DNA of 46,611 nt from contig CAYVGZ010000005.1 of the NCBI GenBank assembly GCA_964450845.1, positions 1 to 46,611 on the forward strand, given 5' to 3'. Each line of letters starts with the position of its first letter. The first letter of the stretch is position 1. The notes below the pieces were generated by a model, which was not told the DNA's origin, ran no database searches, and was given only the letters and a program-made list of their open reading frames with translations. This document shows positions 36,901-46,221 of the stretch, one piece after another. This DNA is from an uncultured Candidatus Bathyarchaeia archaeon (GTDB taxonomy: Archaea; Thermoproteota; Bathyarchaeia; Bathyarchaeales; Bathycorpusculaceae). The translations under genes were made by a program, and so were the position numbers.

Positions 36901-38187
36901 TCACATGAAATTAGTAAGATTCAATTGTTGAACTCTTTGCGACAGAGTCTTCTCTGTGAATTGCTCATCAAAAATTACTAGTTGCCCGTAAACACCATCA
37001 TATCCAGGCACCACTTTGATTTGCCCTTCTCTGACTCTGATTATCGCTTCAGCAATTTTCTCTTCAACAATTGTGCTTAACGCCTCTTTTGAAACATCCA
37101 TGAGCACACTATACTCGTCGCCGAATTTTTCGACAAGTAAATTGTAAATGTTCCACACTTGTTGGGTGGAAGGAGAATCGACGCCTAAGACTGTTGCAAT
37201 AATTTCTGAAAGTGGGAGCAAATGCACAAAGCCCACAGCTCCTTTAGGTTTGAATCCTGCTGGGCGATCAGCCAATTCTTCAACACGTTGCTCAACGCCT
37301 TTAGTAAGTTTTCTGCGGCAAACTGGGCAAATGTTTCCAAGTTTTACTGCCTCTTGTGGAGAAAGCACTACGTGACAGTTTCGGTGGCCAGTCCAATGAT
37401 ATTTTCCATATGCTGGGTCTGTCTCTATCGTAAATTTGAATTTTTCCGTATCTTTAAGGCGGATAGCATCTACGATTTCACGATAGCCTAGTTTTTTCAA
37501 CTCGAAGACGTTGGCTTCTCTTCCAATGCGCCAAGGCCAAAAGCTGTGGCTGTCACTGTTTGAAACGAGGACGAAATCGTCAAGTTTGCTTAAGCGCCAG
37601 TTCATGGGAGGGTCCGATGAAAGCCCAGTTTCTAAAGCGTGAATGTGTTTTGTCATGTCTTGGTAGCATTCTTCAACGCTGTTGAAACCGCTGAAGGCGC
37701 CGAAAATGCCGAACCAAGGCGTCCAAGCATGGGCTGGAAAAACCATGTTTTCGCTTGAAACCTCCATGACCTCTTCAACCAAATGCGACGCATCCATGTT
37801 CAATGTTGGTCTACCATCAATTGTTAAATCGCCATATTTTACTAATCTATTGTTGATTTGAACCGCAGTTTCTATGCTAGACGTCAAAATTACATGGTGG
37901 ACTTTTTTAATTTCATTTTCAAAAGTGAATGTGGTACATACCTCTGTTGTTATCATAAAGTATACAGGTGACCTTGAATTTCCTGCAACTTTATACAAGC
38001 CCATATCCCATTCAGGAACAAGGATTTCCTGCAGTTCCCTAAGCCATTTAGGATGCGTAAAATCTCCTGTGCCTACGAGGTTTAAGCCCTTAATCTTTGC
38101 AAAGCGGGCTATTTCTTCAGGGCACATTTTCTCGCTGGTGGCACGGCTATAACGGCTATGAATGTGCAGGTCAGCAATGATTCTCAA
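36901..38187 (-). CDS. endoQ: Endonuclease Q family (PHP domain) DNA repair endonuclease
   Basis: ADLHIHSRYSRATS, GTGDFTHP, HH, PAHAWTPW, ETGLSSDP, SNSDSHS, GREAN, GKYHWTGHRNC...CPVC, PGYDGVYG. Confidence 0.9.
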   Translation of the reverse strand: MRIIADLHIHSRYSRATSEKMCPEEIARFAKIKGLNLVGTGDFTHPKWLRELQEILVPEWDMGLYKVAGNSRSPVYFMITTEVCTTFTFENEIKKVHHVILTSSIETAVQINNRLVKYGDLTIDGRPTLNMDASHLVEEVMEVSSENMVFPAHAWTPWFGIFGAFSGFNSVEECYQDMTKHIHALETGLSSDPPMNWRLSKLDDFVLVSNSDSHSFWPWRIGREANVFELKKLGYREIVDAIRLKDTEKFKFTIETDPAYGKYHWTGHRNCHVVLSPQEAVKLGNICPVCRRKLTKGVEQRVEELADRPAGFKPKGAVGFVHLLPLSEIIATVLGVDSPSTQQVWNIYNLLVEKFGDEYSVLMDVSKEALSTIVEEKIAEAIIRVREGQIKVVPGYDGVYGQLVIFDEQFTEKTLSQRVQQLNLTNFM

Positions 38188-38378
38188 GCTTTTTCCCTAA
38201 CCCTCAAGTTTAGGATGTTTGATTTCGTTTCCTAACCAGCAGTAGCTCGCTTTCTTTGCATACATGTTCAAGGACGACCTCAAATAGCTCCTTTTATTTC
38301 TACAGCGCTCTTGCTATTTTAAAGTGAGGCCTTTTCGAGAAATAACATTTTCAATGCAGCACGGGCAAGAATATTAAA

Positions 38379-38960
38379 TTAGGAAAGACTCGAGTAACTT
38401 CTTCTTTTAAAAATTTTTTTGGCGATTTTCCCAACATCGACTTTCAACAGTATTATGGTTAAGACTATAGTTAGGATTATTGAAGCAATCATGAGAGCTT
38501 CTTGACTCATCCACGGAGCTAAAATTCCCTGGCCGAACCTCGCCAGATAGGCGCCGACAATTGTTATCGACAATTTACCTGCAAAGTAGACTACGTAAAA
38601 CTTGACTGGGCTATACTTTAATAGGCCTAATGGTATTACCACTGGCTCATCAGGCAATGGTGATGCAGCTACCACGAAAAGCGCCAAGAAAGCCCAACGT
38701 TTAAGCTTTACCCCTGCAGCATCGAGGCGTTTTCTACGTTCTTCCCCTAAGAAACCCCCTAGGAAAAACGTGACCACATAATGAATAAACTTTGCTGATG
38801 CTGAGCCTAGAGCTACGAGGAATCCTATAGAGAATGGATCCGCATCGACGAGCAGAGCGGCATTGGTAGCTATGAGAAGGTTTGAGGGGCCGGCGAAGGG
38901 TATAAGATTCAAAACAAAGGAAATTGCTATAATACTTAAGAGTTCGTACAGCACGGCCAA
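38379..38960 (-). CDS. DedA/VTT-like membrane protein
   Basis: Hydrophobic protein with NLIPFAGPS and ASPLPDEPVVIPLGLLKY...F...FAGK motifs. Confidence 0.72.
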   Translation of the reverse strand: MAVLYELLSIIAISFVLNLIPFAGPSNLLIATNAALLVDADPFSIGFLVALGSASAKFIHYVVTFFLGGFLGEERRKRLDAAGVKLKRWAFLALFVVAASPLPDEPVVIPLGLLKYSPVKFYVVYFAGKLSITIVGAYLARFGQGILAPWMSQEALMIASIILTIVLTIILLKVDVGKIAKKIFKRRSYSSLS

Positions 38961-39098
38961 TTTTACAGCTCCGAACTAGGCTTTTTCTCTTTTCAAATGA
39001 ATTGAGAAATCAACACTTAAAGAATTATCGTATGAAGCACCACCTTTAAATTGAAGAAACCCTTAGGAAAATCTACAATATTTTAGAGGCATTTAACT

Positions 39099-39626
39099 TT
39101 GCCAACAAAAAAAGAACAGATATGGATCGCACGAGAACTTTCAAAATGCAGTGGATGCCGAAAATGTGAAATTGCATGTTCGCTTTTTCATGAAAACCGT
39201 ATATGGCCAGAAGCTTCAAGAATAAGAGTCTTCATGCTGGTTCCTGGCACTGAATTTCCACACTTCTGTGCCCAATGCGAAGACTACCCATGTGTAAAAG
39301 CGTGTCCAACAAAGGCGCTGTCAATAAGCAAAAGAACAGGCGCAGTTTTGGTGAAAGCTAAAGCCTGCATCGCCTGCGGAAGATGCATAGACGCTTGCCC
39401 AGGCAGAATCCCACATATGCATCCAACGGAAAATCGCATTATAATTTGCGACTTATGCAAAGGCGAGCCACAATGCGTGAAAGTGTGTCAAGAAGGCGGA
39501 TGGAACGTACTAACAATAGTTTCAAGAAAAGATCAGGCTTACAGGCTTTATGCACGCACGCCAGAAGAAATAACACGGGATTTGGCTACTAAAATGTACG
39601 GAGAGCAAGGGGAGGAATACGTATGA
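39099..39626 (+). CDS. 4x[4Fe-4S] electron-transfer subunit of a tungsten oxidoreductase (WOR5S-like)
   Basis: CSGCRKCEIAC, CAQCEDYPCVKACP, CIACGRCIDACP, ICDLC..PQCVKVC. Overlaps the next gene by 4 nt. Confidence 0.9.
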   Translation: MPTKKEQIWIARELSKCSGCRKCEIACSLFHENRIWPEASRIRVFMLVPGTEFPHFCAQCEDYPCVKACPTKALSISKRTGAVLVKAKACIACGRCIDACPGRIPHMHPTENRIIICDLCKGEPQCVKVCQEGGWNVLTIVSRKDQAYRLYARTPEEITRDLATKMYGEQGEEYV

Positions 39627-41491
39627 TTTTGGGTTATGCAGGAAAATTTCTTGAAGTTAACCTTTCAACGGGAAAAATCAAAGATATAAAATTTGACGAT
39701 GACATTTTGAAAGATTATGTTGGCGGCAGAGGTTTGGCGGCCAAGATTCTCTGGGACAGACTGGGCAGTAGATGGGAAACAATAAATCCTTTAGGGCAAG
39801 AAAACATGCTTTTATTCTTAACAGGTCCGCTAACAGGATATTATCCAGGCGGCAGAACGTGTATTTCAGGTAAGTCTCCGCAGAGCAACGGCATGATAGG
39901 TTCAACCGTGGGCGGAGAGTTTGGGGTTGAGCTAAGATGTGCTGGTTACGATGGTATAATTGTAAGCGGCGAAGCGGAAAAGCCCGTTTATTTGTTTGTT
40001 AAGGATTCTGACGTTCAAATTAGAGACGCAATCCACGTTTGGGGTAAAGATGCAAAACAAACAGTTACAACACTCACAAAAGAGGGCAGAGAACATTTGA
40101 AAAAGTGTTATCCCGAATACGGCGAATGGAAAGAACCCGCACTGCTATATATTGGTCCAGCAGGTGAAAATAAAGTGCGGACGGCGATTGTCGCAGCGAA
40201 ATGGACTCATGCAGCGGGTTATGGTGGTTATGGTGCAGTTATGGGTTCTAAAAAGCTAAAGGCAGTGGCTGTTAAGGGCACTGGACCGTTGCCTGAAGCA
40301 GCTGACTTGAGAAAGATGAAGCGGCTAATTCAAGTCGTTAACGACAATGCTTATGAAAGCGAACTGTGGAGGCGCTGGGGAACTGGTGCAGGCGGCTATG
40401 AAGTCGGGGCAAAAACAAGCTCTGAACCTGTTCGGAATTGGCAGGATGAGTGGCATGATGAAAGAAGTTTTGGCGTTGACCAGTTTGAGAATAGAGTTTG
40501 GATAAAACAGTTTTGGAGCGATTTTGGCTGCCCAACTTGCTGCTTAAAGATAGCCATGGTTAAGAGTGGAAAGTTCAAAGGAGCAATAACTGACAATCCA
40601 GATTATGAAATGCAAGCCTACTTAGGTCCAAACTTGGGAATTTTCAGTCCAGAAGAAAATGTGTTCCTCGCTTCACTCATCGACGATTTAGGCTTATGCG
40701 GCATACAAACAGGAAATGGGATGGGTTTTGCCGCTGAGCTGTTCCAAAGAGGGATACTGACAAAGAAAGATTTAGATGGCATAGAACTCAAATGGGGTGA
40801 CACCGAAGCCTTCGCAGCTTTAGCTAAAAAAATTGCTTTTAGAGAAGGTGTAGGTGACTTATTGGCTGAAGGAACCTACCGTGCAGCATTAAATATTGGA
40901 AAAATGAAGAAAGTCGATGTTCTAAAATACGCTGTTCAAGCTAAGGGCATAGGCACCGGTGCTCACGGAATCCGCAGTGGAAAAGACTATCCAGAAGCGA
41001 TTTCTTACGTGTGCTCAGTTCAAGGCGGAGACCACACATCTACAACTGGTTTACCACTGGATGGATCTGGAAGTGAGTTGGGAGAGATTTTTAACGATTC
41101 AGGAGTCTTTTGCAACTTTAACAGTTTCGGCGTGCCACGCAGAGTCAAATTCGACTTTTACCAAGCAGTTACTGGCATCGAATTAACACGAGAGGAATGG
41201 TTCAGATCTAAAGCGTTGAAAATACTGCAACTGCAGAGAGCAATGCTATTGTTGGGTGGACCAGACTTGAAATGGAACCCCAAAATTCACGATGCCAACC
41301 CGCCTAGATTCTACGAACCATTACCCTCCGGTCCATACAAGGGAAAAACTGCTGACAAAGCTAAGGTTGACGAGGAAAAGAGAATGTATTACGAAGCAGC
41401 TGGATGGGACGAAAATGGCATTCCGAAAACAGAAACTCTCAAAGCGCTTGGACTTGAAGATGTCGATAAGTGCTTAGAAAAACTGCGCTAA
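39623..41491 (+). CDS. Tungsten-containing aldehyde:ferredoxin oxidoreductase family catalytic subunit (WOR5-like)
   Basis: GGRGL, GKSP, AGYDG, YGAVMGSKKLKA, DDLGL, EGxY, GGDH, NDSGVFCNF, YYEAAGWDENGIP. Confidence 0.92.
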   Translation: MILGYAGKFLEVNLSTGKIKDIKFDDDILKDYVGGRGLAAKILWDRLGSRWETINPLGQENMLLFLTGPLTGYYPGGRTCISGKSPQSNGMIGSTVGGEFGVELRCAGYDGIIVSGEAEKPVYLFVKDSDVQIRDAIHVWGKDAKQTVTTLTKEGREHLKKCYPEYGEWKEPALLYIGPAGENKVRTAIVAAKWTHAAGYGGYGAVMGSKKLKAVAVKGTGPLPEAADLRKMKRLIQVVNDNAYESELWRRWGTGAGGYEVGAKTSSEPVRNWQDEWHDERSFGVDQFENRVWIKQFWSDFGCPTCCLKIAMVKSGKFKGAITDNPDYEMQAYLGPNLGIFSPEENVFLASLIDDLGLCGIQTGNGMGFAAELFQRGILTKKDLDGIELKWGDTEAFAALAKKIAFREGVGDLLAEGTYRAALNIGKMKKVDVLKYAVQAKGIGTGAHGIRSGKDYPEAISYVCSVQGGDHTSTTGLPLDGSGSELGEIFNDSGVFCNFNSFGVPRRVKFDFYQAVTGIELTREEWFRSKALKILQLQRAMLLLGGPDLKWNPKIHDANPPRFYEPLPSGPYKGKTADKAKVDEEKRMYYEAAGWDENGIPKTETLKALGLEDVDKCLEKLR

Positions 41492-41553
41492 TGAAGCTAA
41501 TGCTTAAATAATATAATTTTTATATCTAATTCAATCTTGTCTGTAAGCAGGAA

Positions 41554-41865
41554 GTGAAAAGATTGAGTTCGAAATGGGCAAAGGAGTTAAGCTCCAAGTG
41601 TAATTTAGATCCAAAATTTCTGGAATTTGCGCTAGAAGAATTAAGCGAAAGTTGCCATGGTGATGCAAGAACTTCGAAAGAAGTTATTGAAGAACTAACT
41701 CTAAGTTGCCACCTCAACGAAGATGATTTGAGAAAGTTTATCGAGGATGTCTCCAAAAATTGCCCAGTTGACGCAAAGAAACTAAAAAAGGAAATATTAC
41801 AGGCAGGGGGCAGAAAAGAATTGGCTTTCCAAGCTATACATAGAGTCTCAGCAAAACCGATTTGA
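41554..41865 (+). CDS. Hypothetical protein built of four tandem 18-aa Cys-containing helical repeats
   Basis: GTG start after GGAA; Cys at residues 16, 34, 52 and 70. Confidence 0.75.
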   Translation: MKRLSSKWAKELSSKCNLDPKFLEFALEELSESCHGDARTSKEVIEELTLSCHLNEDDLRKFIEDVSKNCPVDAKKLKKEILQAGGRKELAFQAIHRVSAKPI

Positions 41866-41989
41866 GAATTTCTGCGCAACTATTATTGCTAATTTTATTG
41901 TTTATTATCCTGTTATTTTTTCGGCCAGTAAAGATGACAATTAAGGAAAACCTGAAAAAGCAAGGGCGTAATGGATAAGGGATGAAATG

Positions 41990-43183
41990 CTAGATTATGT
42001 GCATTTCTTTTCCAATTTTCTCGAAAGCGTTTATGGCAAAGTCTAAGTCTTCCCGTGTTAAGGCAGCGTTCATAATGGTTCTTATTCGGGCTTTATCCCG
42101 CGCAACCATCGGATACACAATTGGCAAGGCAAAAACGCCTTCCTCAAAGAGACGTGCACTCAGTTTTTTCGCGGCGCCGCTTTCACCAACTATGACTGGT
42201 GTTATTGGTGTTTGGCTGTTGCCTACATCAAAGCCTAAATCCTTCATGGCTTTCTTGAAATACCTAGTGTGTTCCCAAAGTGTTTGTATGTGCTGAGGCT
42301 CGCTTTCTAAAACGTCAATGGCAGCTATACAAGCAGCCGCAACAGCAGGTGGATGCGACCCGCTTAGAAGCCAAGTTCGTGACCGATTGAAGGCAAAGTT
42401 GATCAAATCCTTGGAACCAGAAACATGCCCGCCTACAACGCCGAAAGCTTTAGAAAAAGTGCCCATTTCCACGTGAACTTTGTCGCGGCCAAGCTTAAAG
42501 TGTGAAACTATACCTCTTCCCCCTTCGCCCAAAACGCCCTCGCCATGAGCGTCATCCACATAGACCATGGCACCGTGTTCTGCGCCCAGTTTGGCTATTT
42601 CATCGAGTGGAGCTATGTCGCCGTCCATGGAGAAGACGCCGTCTGTGATTATCAGTATTCGCCTATATGGTGGATCGTGCTTTTCGGCTTCAACCAAAAC
42701 GCGTGACAAGTCTTGCGTGTCTGCGTGTTTGTAAATTGCCCTTTCAGCGTGTGATAGCCTAACGCCGTCAATTATGCTACCGTGGTTAAGTTCATCACTT
42801 ATTATTAAATCGCCTTTGCCAGCTAACTGAGGAATCAAACCAGAATTAGCCGCTACGCCTGTCTGATAAACAAGTGAAGCTTCTGCATGCTTAAACTTTG
42901 CAAGTCGTCTCTCAAGTTCAACGTGCAAATCCATAGTTCCAGCAATGGGACGAACTGAACCGGAACCGGCGCCGTGAGTTTGCACTGCTTTTATTGCTGC
43001 CTCTTTCAGTCGTGGATGATTGCTGAGGCCCAAATAGTTGTTAGAACAAAACATTAGAACCTTTTTTCCATCAACACTACACCATGGCGTGCTTGGACCT
43101 TGCAGAACCCGAATCTTCCAGTCAAGCTCATCTTTTACTAAGTCTTCATATTCTTCTCGCAAGAACGCTGTTGGATTCCGCAT
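41990..43183 (-). CDS. kbl: Glycine C-acetyltransferase (2-amino-3-ketobutyrate CoA ligase)
   Basis: FCSNNYLGL, GSGSVR, SDELNHGSIIDG, DGVFSMDGD, VDDAHGEG, GTFSKAFG, ARIR. Adjacent to an SDR-type Tdh. Confidence 0.88.
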   Translation of the reverse strand: MRNPTAFLREEYEDLVKDELDWKIRVLQGPSTPWCSVDGKKVLMFCSNNYLGLSNHPRLKEAAIKAVQTHGAGSGSVRPIAGTMDLHVELERRLAKFKHAEASLVYQTGVAANSGLIPQLAGKGDLIISDELNHGSIIDGVRLSHAERAIYKHADTQDLSRVLVEAEKHDPPYRRILIITDGVFSMDGDIAPLDEIAKLGAEHGAMVYVDDAHGEGVLGEGGRGIVSHFKLGRDKVHVEMGTFSKAFGVVGGHVSGSKDLINFAFNRSRTWLLSGSHPPAVAAACIAAIDVLESEPQHIQTLWEHTRYFKKAMKDLGFDVGNSQTPITPVIVGESGAAKKLSARLFEEGVFALPIVYPMVARDKARIRTIMNAALTREDLDFAINAFEKIGKEMHII

Positions 43184-43237
43184 TATACCATACCTCTTTT
43201 CCCTAATCTCTCACCCATTCTTTTAACTTTTTCCAGC

Positions 43238-44212
43238 CTAAATTTCGGTTGCAAATTTCTTCGACAGCTTTTCTATCATGTCCTTCGTCATAGAAGCCAA
43301 ATCAAACATGGGATTCCAACCCCACTCTCGACGGGCTACACTGTCATCTATTGACATAGGCCAAGAATCTGCAATTTTCTGCCTAAAGTCAGGCTTGTAT
43401 TCACATTTGAATTCTGGAATATGCTTCTTGATTTCAGCGGCTAAGGCTCCGGCAGAGAAGCTCATCGCTGTCACGTTGTAGCTAGTACGATGTTTGACTT
43501 TTGAGGCATCAACTTCCATTAGGTTTATGGCTGCATTGATGCAATCTGGCATATACATCATGGACAGCACTGTGTCCTCACTCACAAAGCACATGTAACG
43601 CTTCTTCTTAATTGCTTCACAAAATATCTCTACAGCGTAGTCTGTTGTACCTCCGCTTGGGGGCGTCTCACTGCTTATTATGCCGGGATAGCGAACACTT
43701 CGCACATCCAAACCGAATCGAAGGAAATAATAGTTACACAGCAATTCTCCCGCAACCTTTGTGACGCCATATATGGTTCCTGGAGTTAGGACAGTTTCCT
43801 GAGGCGTATTAACACGAGGTGTTGAAGGACCAAAAACAGCAATAGAGCTGGGCCAAAAAACTCTGACCATTTCGTGTTCTCTTGAAACCTCAAGTATGTT
43901 GTAGAGGCTGCGCATATTCACATCCCAAGCAAGCTGTGGGTTTTGTTCGCCAGTAGCCGAGAGAACTGCAGCTAAATGGTAGACTGTGTCAATATCATGC
44001 TTTCTTACAACTTTTTCAATGTTATCTTTGTCTGTGACATCAACGTACTCGAAGGGTCCTGACTGGAAAAGCTTCTCGCTGGGCGCCCTTTTATGCCCTG
44101 CCGCAATGACATTGTCACCGCCATATTTCTTTCGTAGCTCTATTGTCAATTCCGACCCGATTTGCCCTGTAGCGCCAGTCACAAGAATTCTTTGCATATC
44201 TTTTTTTGGCAT
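43238..44212 (-). CDS. tdh: SDR-type L-threonine 3-dehydrogenase
   Basis: VTGATGQIGSEL, YHLAAVLSATGEQNP, PSSIAVFGP, YGVTK, PSGGTTDYAVEIF, FRQKIADSWP.SIDDS.AR.EWGW. Confidence 0.9.
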   Translation of the reverse strand: MPKKDMQRILVTGATGQIGSELTIELRKKYGGDNVIAAGHKRAPSEKLFQSGPFEYVDVTDKDNIEKVVRKHDIDTVYHLAAVLSATGEQNPQLAWDVNMRSLYNILEVSREHEMVRVFWPSSIAVFGPSTPRVNTPQETVLTPGTIYGVTKVAGELLCNYYFLRFGLDVRSVRYPGIISSETPPSGGTTDYAVEIFCEAIKKKRYMCFVSEDTVLSMMYMPDCINAAINLMEVDASKVKHRTSYNVTAMSFSAGALAAEIKKHIPEFKCEYKPDFRQKIADSWPMSIDDSVARREWGWNPMFDLASMTKDMIEKLSKKFATEI

Positions 44213-44306
44213 TCAACAAGACCTCTATTATTGTAAGAGAAAAGGATGTTAGAATCTGTTAGATATAAGAATTCTCAGAAAAAAAGCTTTTTCACATCAT
44301 TTCTTT

Positions 44307-44916
44307 CTATGGAATTCTCAGCTTGCGGCACAAGTCTTCGATGGGTTTCTTATGCACATCAATTTTTATTTCCGCTTCCACTTTTTCAGCATCGATTAAG
44401 ATTAATGCTGCAGATTTTTCGCCCCGTCTGTCTCCACCACTTTTGTTTCCCGCCTTTAGTACCATCGCCAATCTTTGAGCTAAGTCTCCGCTGGAATTCT
44501 CAAATTCCTTTCCCATGCTGTTTACCACTTCTTTTCCAGTAAGCAAATTTTCAATCACAACGTAGTTTTCACCTAAAAGTTCTCCATGAAAACTTGGAAC
44601 TTTGGCACCCGTGAAAACAGCCTTTCTCTTCTTGAAATCCATAATTGCGACCTGTCTTAGCTCTCTTTCAGGGTCTTCCACCAAAAGCTTATCCAAAGCC
44701 TCCTTCGGAGACAGCCCCTTCGCCAATAATTCCAATCCTTTAATTCCATAAGCAACATTCGTGTATGCTTGTGTAGCTATAACGCCGACCCCGGGCTTTG
44801 CATGCGGGACTCTGTCTCCTACTGATGTAGAGCCTGAAGCGACGGCGACACCCTATTAGTTTAGAGTCGGGTGAAATGGCTAAAATGGAAAATGTTCCTG
44901 TTTTTCGCTTCTCCAT
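44307..44916 (-). pseudogene. DUF1028 (Ntn-hydrolase-like) gene broken by a +1 frameshift
   Basis: ATG 44916: MEKRKTGTFSILAISPDSKLIG; one extra G in the run at 44851-44853; then VAVASGSTSVGDRVPHAKPGVGVIATQAYTNVAYGIKGLELL...GDRRGEKSAAL. Confidence 0.82.
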
Positions 44917-44972
44917 TAAACTGATAACCCCTGCATTCTATGAAAATGGTTTATTAGTTTACGCAATAAATC

Positions 44973-46109
44973 TTGTCACCGATGAAGACTATGAAGATGG
45001 GTTTTATCGTTAATCCAATAGCAGGTATGGGAGGCAGGGTAGGCCTTAAAGGAACAGATGGTGTATTGAAAGAGGCAATTGCCAAAGGGGCAAAGCCAAT
45101 AGCGTCTAAAAGAGCAGTAGAATTCCTGCAAAAACTAAAAGAAAACCTGACGGAAATAGCAATTGAAGTTTTGACTTGCCCTAGCATTATGGGGGAAAAA
45201 GAGGCAAAGGCTGCTGGTTTTCCAGTTTATGTTTTGCCCATGGAAATCGGGAAAGAAACCAGCGCTGAGGATACGAAAACTGCGGTTAAACTTTTGGTTA
45301 AGGCGGAGGTGAATTTGATTGTTTTTGTTGGTGGAGATGGCACGGCTAAAGATATTTTTGATGTCATGCAAGGCAGTGGTGAAGTACCCGTTTTAGGTGT
45401 TCCTTCAGGAGTGAAAATGTATAGCGGTGTTTTTTCAGTTAACCCTTCGGATGCTGCGAATGTTGTTTTGGCCTTCGCTGGAAACCAAGCGGAAATAGCG
45501 GAGTTTGAAATCATGGATGCTGATGAAAAGGCAATTCGAAGCGACACTTTCGCGGTGAAACTTCATGGTTTTTTGAAATGTCCGTTCGTTCCGACGAGAA
45601 TTCAGGGAAGCAAACAGCTAAGTCCAGAAACAGTTGATGAGAAAGAAAATCAAACAGCAACAGCACGATACATAATAGAAGAAATGCAGCCAAACGCAAC
45701 ATACATACTTGGCCCGGGAACAACCGTCAAACGCATCGCAGAACTGCTAGGCATCGAAAAAACCGTGTTAGGCGTGGATATCTACAAAAAAGGCAAAGTC
45801 ATACTTGATGTAGACGAAAGCAGAATTTTGGAAGAGACAAAGGACTGGCAAAACACTTGGATCATTCTTTCACCAATTGGGCACCAAGGAATTCTTCTAG
45901 GAAGGGGAAACCAGCAGATAAGCCCTGAAATCATTAAACGTATTGGAAAGCAGAGAATAATTGTTGCGGCAACTAAGAGCAAGCTTCAAAGTATAGAAGG
46001 AAACGTCTTAAGGGTTGACACGGGTGATGCCAAAGTTGACAATATGCTTAGAGGATACATCAAGGTTGCTATTGATTATAGAGAATGGCGTCTTGTGCAA
46101 GTACGATAG
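44973..46109 (+). CDS. ATP-NAD kinase / AcoX-like family protein
   Basis: GFIVNPIAGMGGRVGLKGTDG, FVGGDGTAKD, GVPSGVKMYSGVF, GPGTT, LGVD, GILLGRGNQQISP, LRVDTGD. Confidence 0.88.
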   Translation: MSPMKTMKMGFIVNPIAGMGGRVGLKGTDGVLKEAIAKGAKPIASKRAVEFLQKLKENLTEIAIEVLTCPSIMGEKEAKAAGFPVYVLPMEIGKETSAEDTKTAVKLLVKAEVNLIVFVGGDGTAKDIFDVMQGSGEVPVLGVPSGVKMYSGVFSVNPSDAANVVLAFAGNQAEIAEFEIMDADEKAIRSDTFAVKLHGFLKCPFVPTRIQGSKQLSPETVDEKENQTATARYIIEEMQPNATYILGPGTTVKRIAELLGIEKTVLGVDIYKKGKVILDVDESRILEETKDWQNTWIILSPIGHQGILLGRGNQQISPEIIKRIGKQRIIVAATKSKLQSIEGNVLRVDTGDAKVDNMLRGYIKVAIDYREWRLVQVR

Positions 46110-46204
46110 TAGAAATTGTTTTCAATTTTAATTTTGATTTGAAAAATGTGTATTGTAGGTTTTCTCTTTGGTTTTAGTGTGGGGTTTTTGTTGTTTTGCG
46201 GAAG

Positions 46205-46221
46205 TTATAGCCCCTCTATAA
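46205..46221 (+). repeat. Dispersed intergenic palindrome, copy 3, perfect arms (TTATAG-CCCCT-CTATAA)
   Basis: 6-bp inverted arms around a 5-bp asymmetric core; related copies at 10699 and 36419. Confidence 0.7.

Noticed and set aside
41526-41879. 117-aa minus-strand ORF
   Set aside because: Antisense to the repeat protein, whose 18-aa periodicity supports the plus strand.
4179-45982. Numerous other short antisense or overlapping ORFs in the track
   Set aside because: They lie fully inside well-supported genes on another frame or strand and have no motifs of their own.
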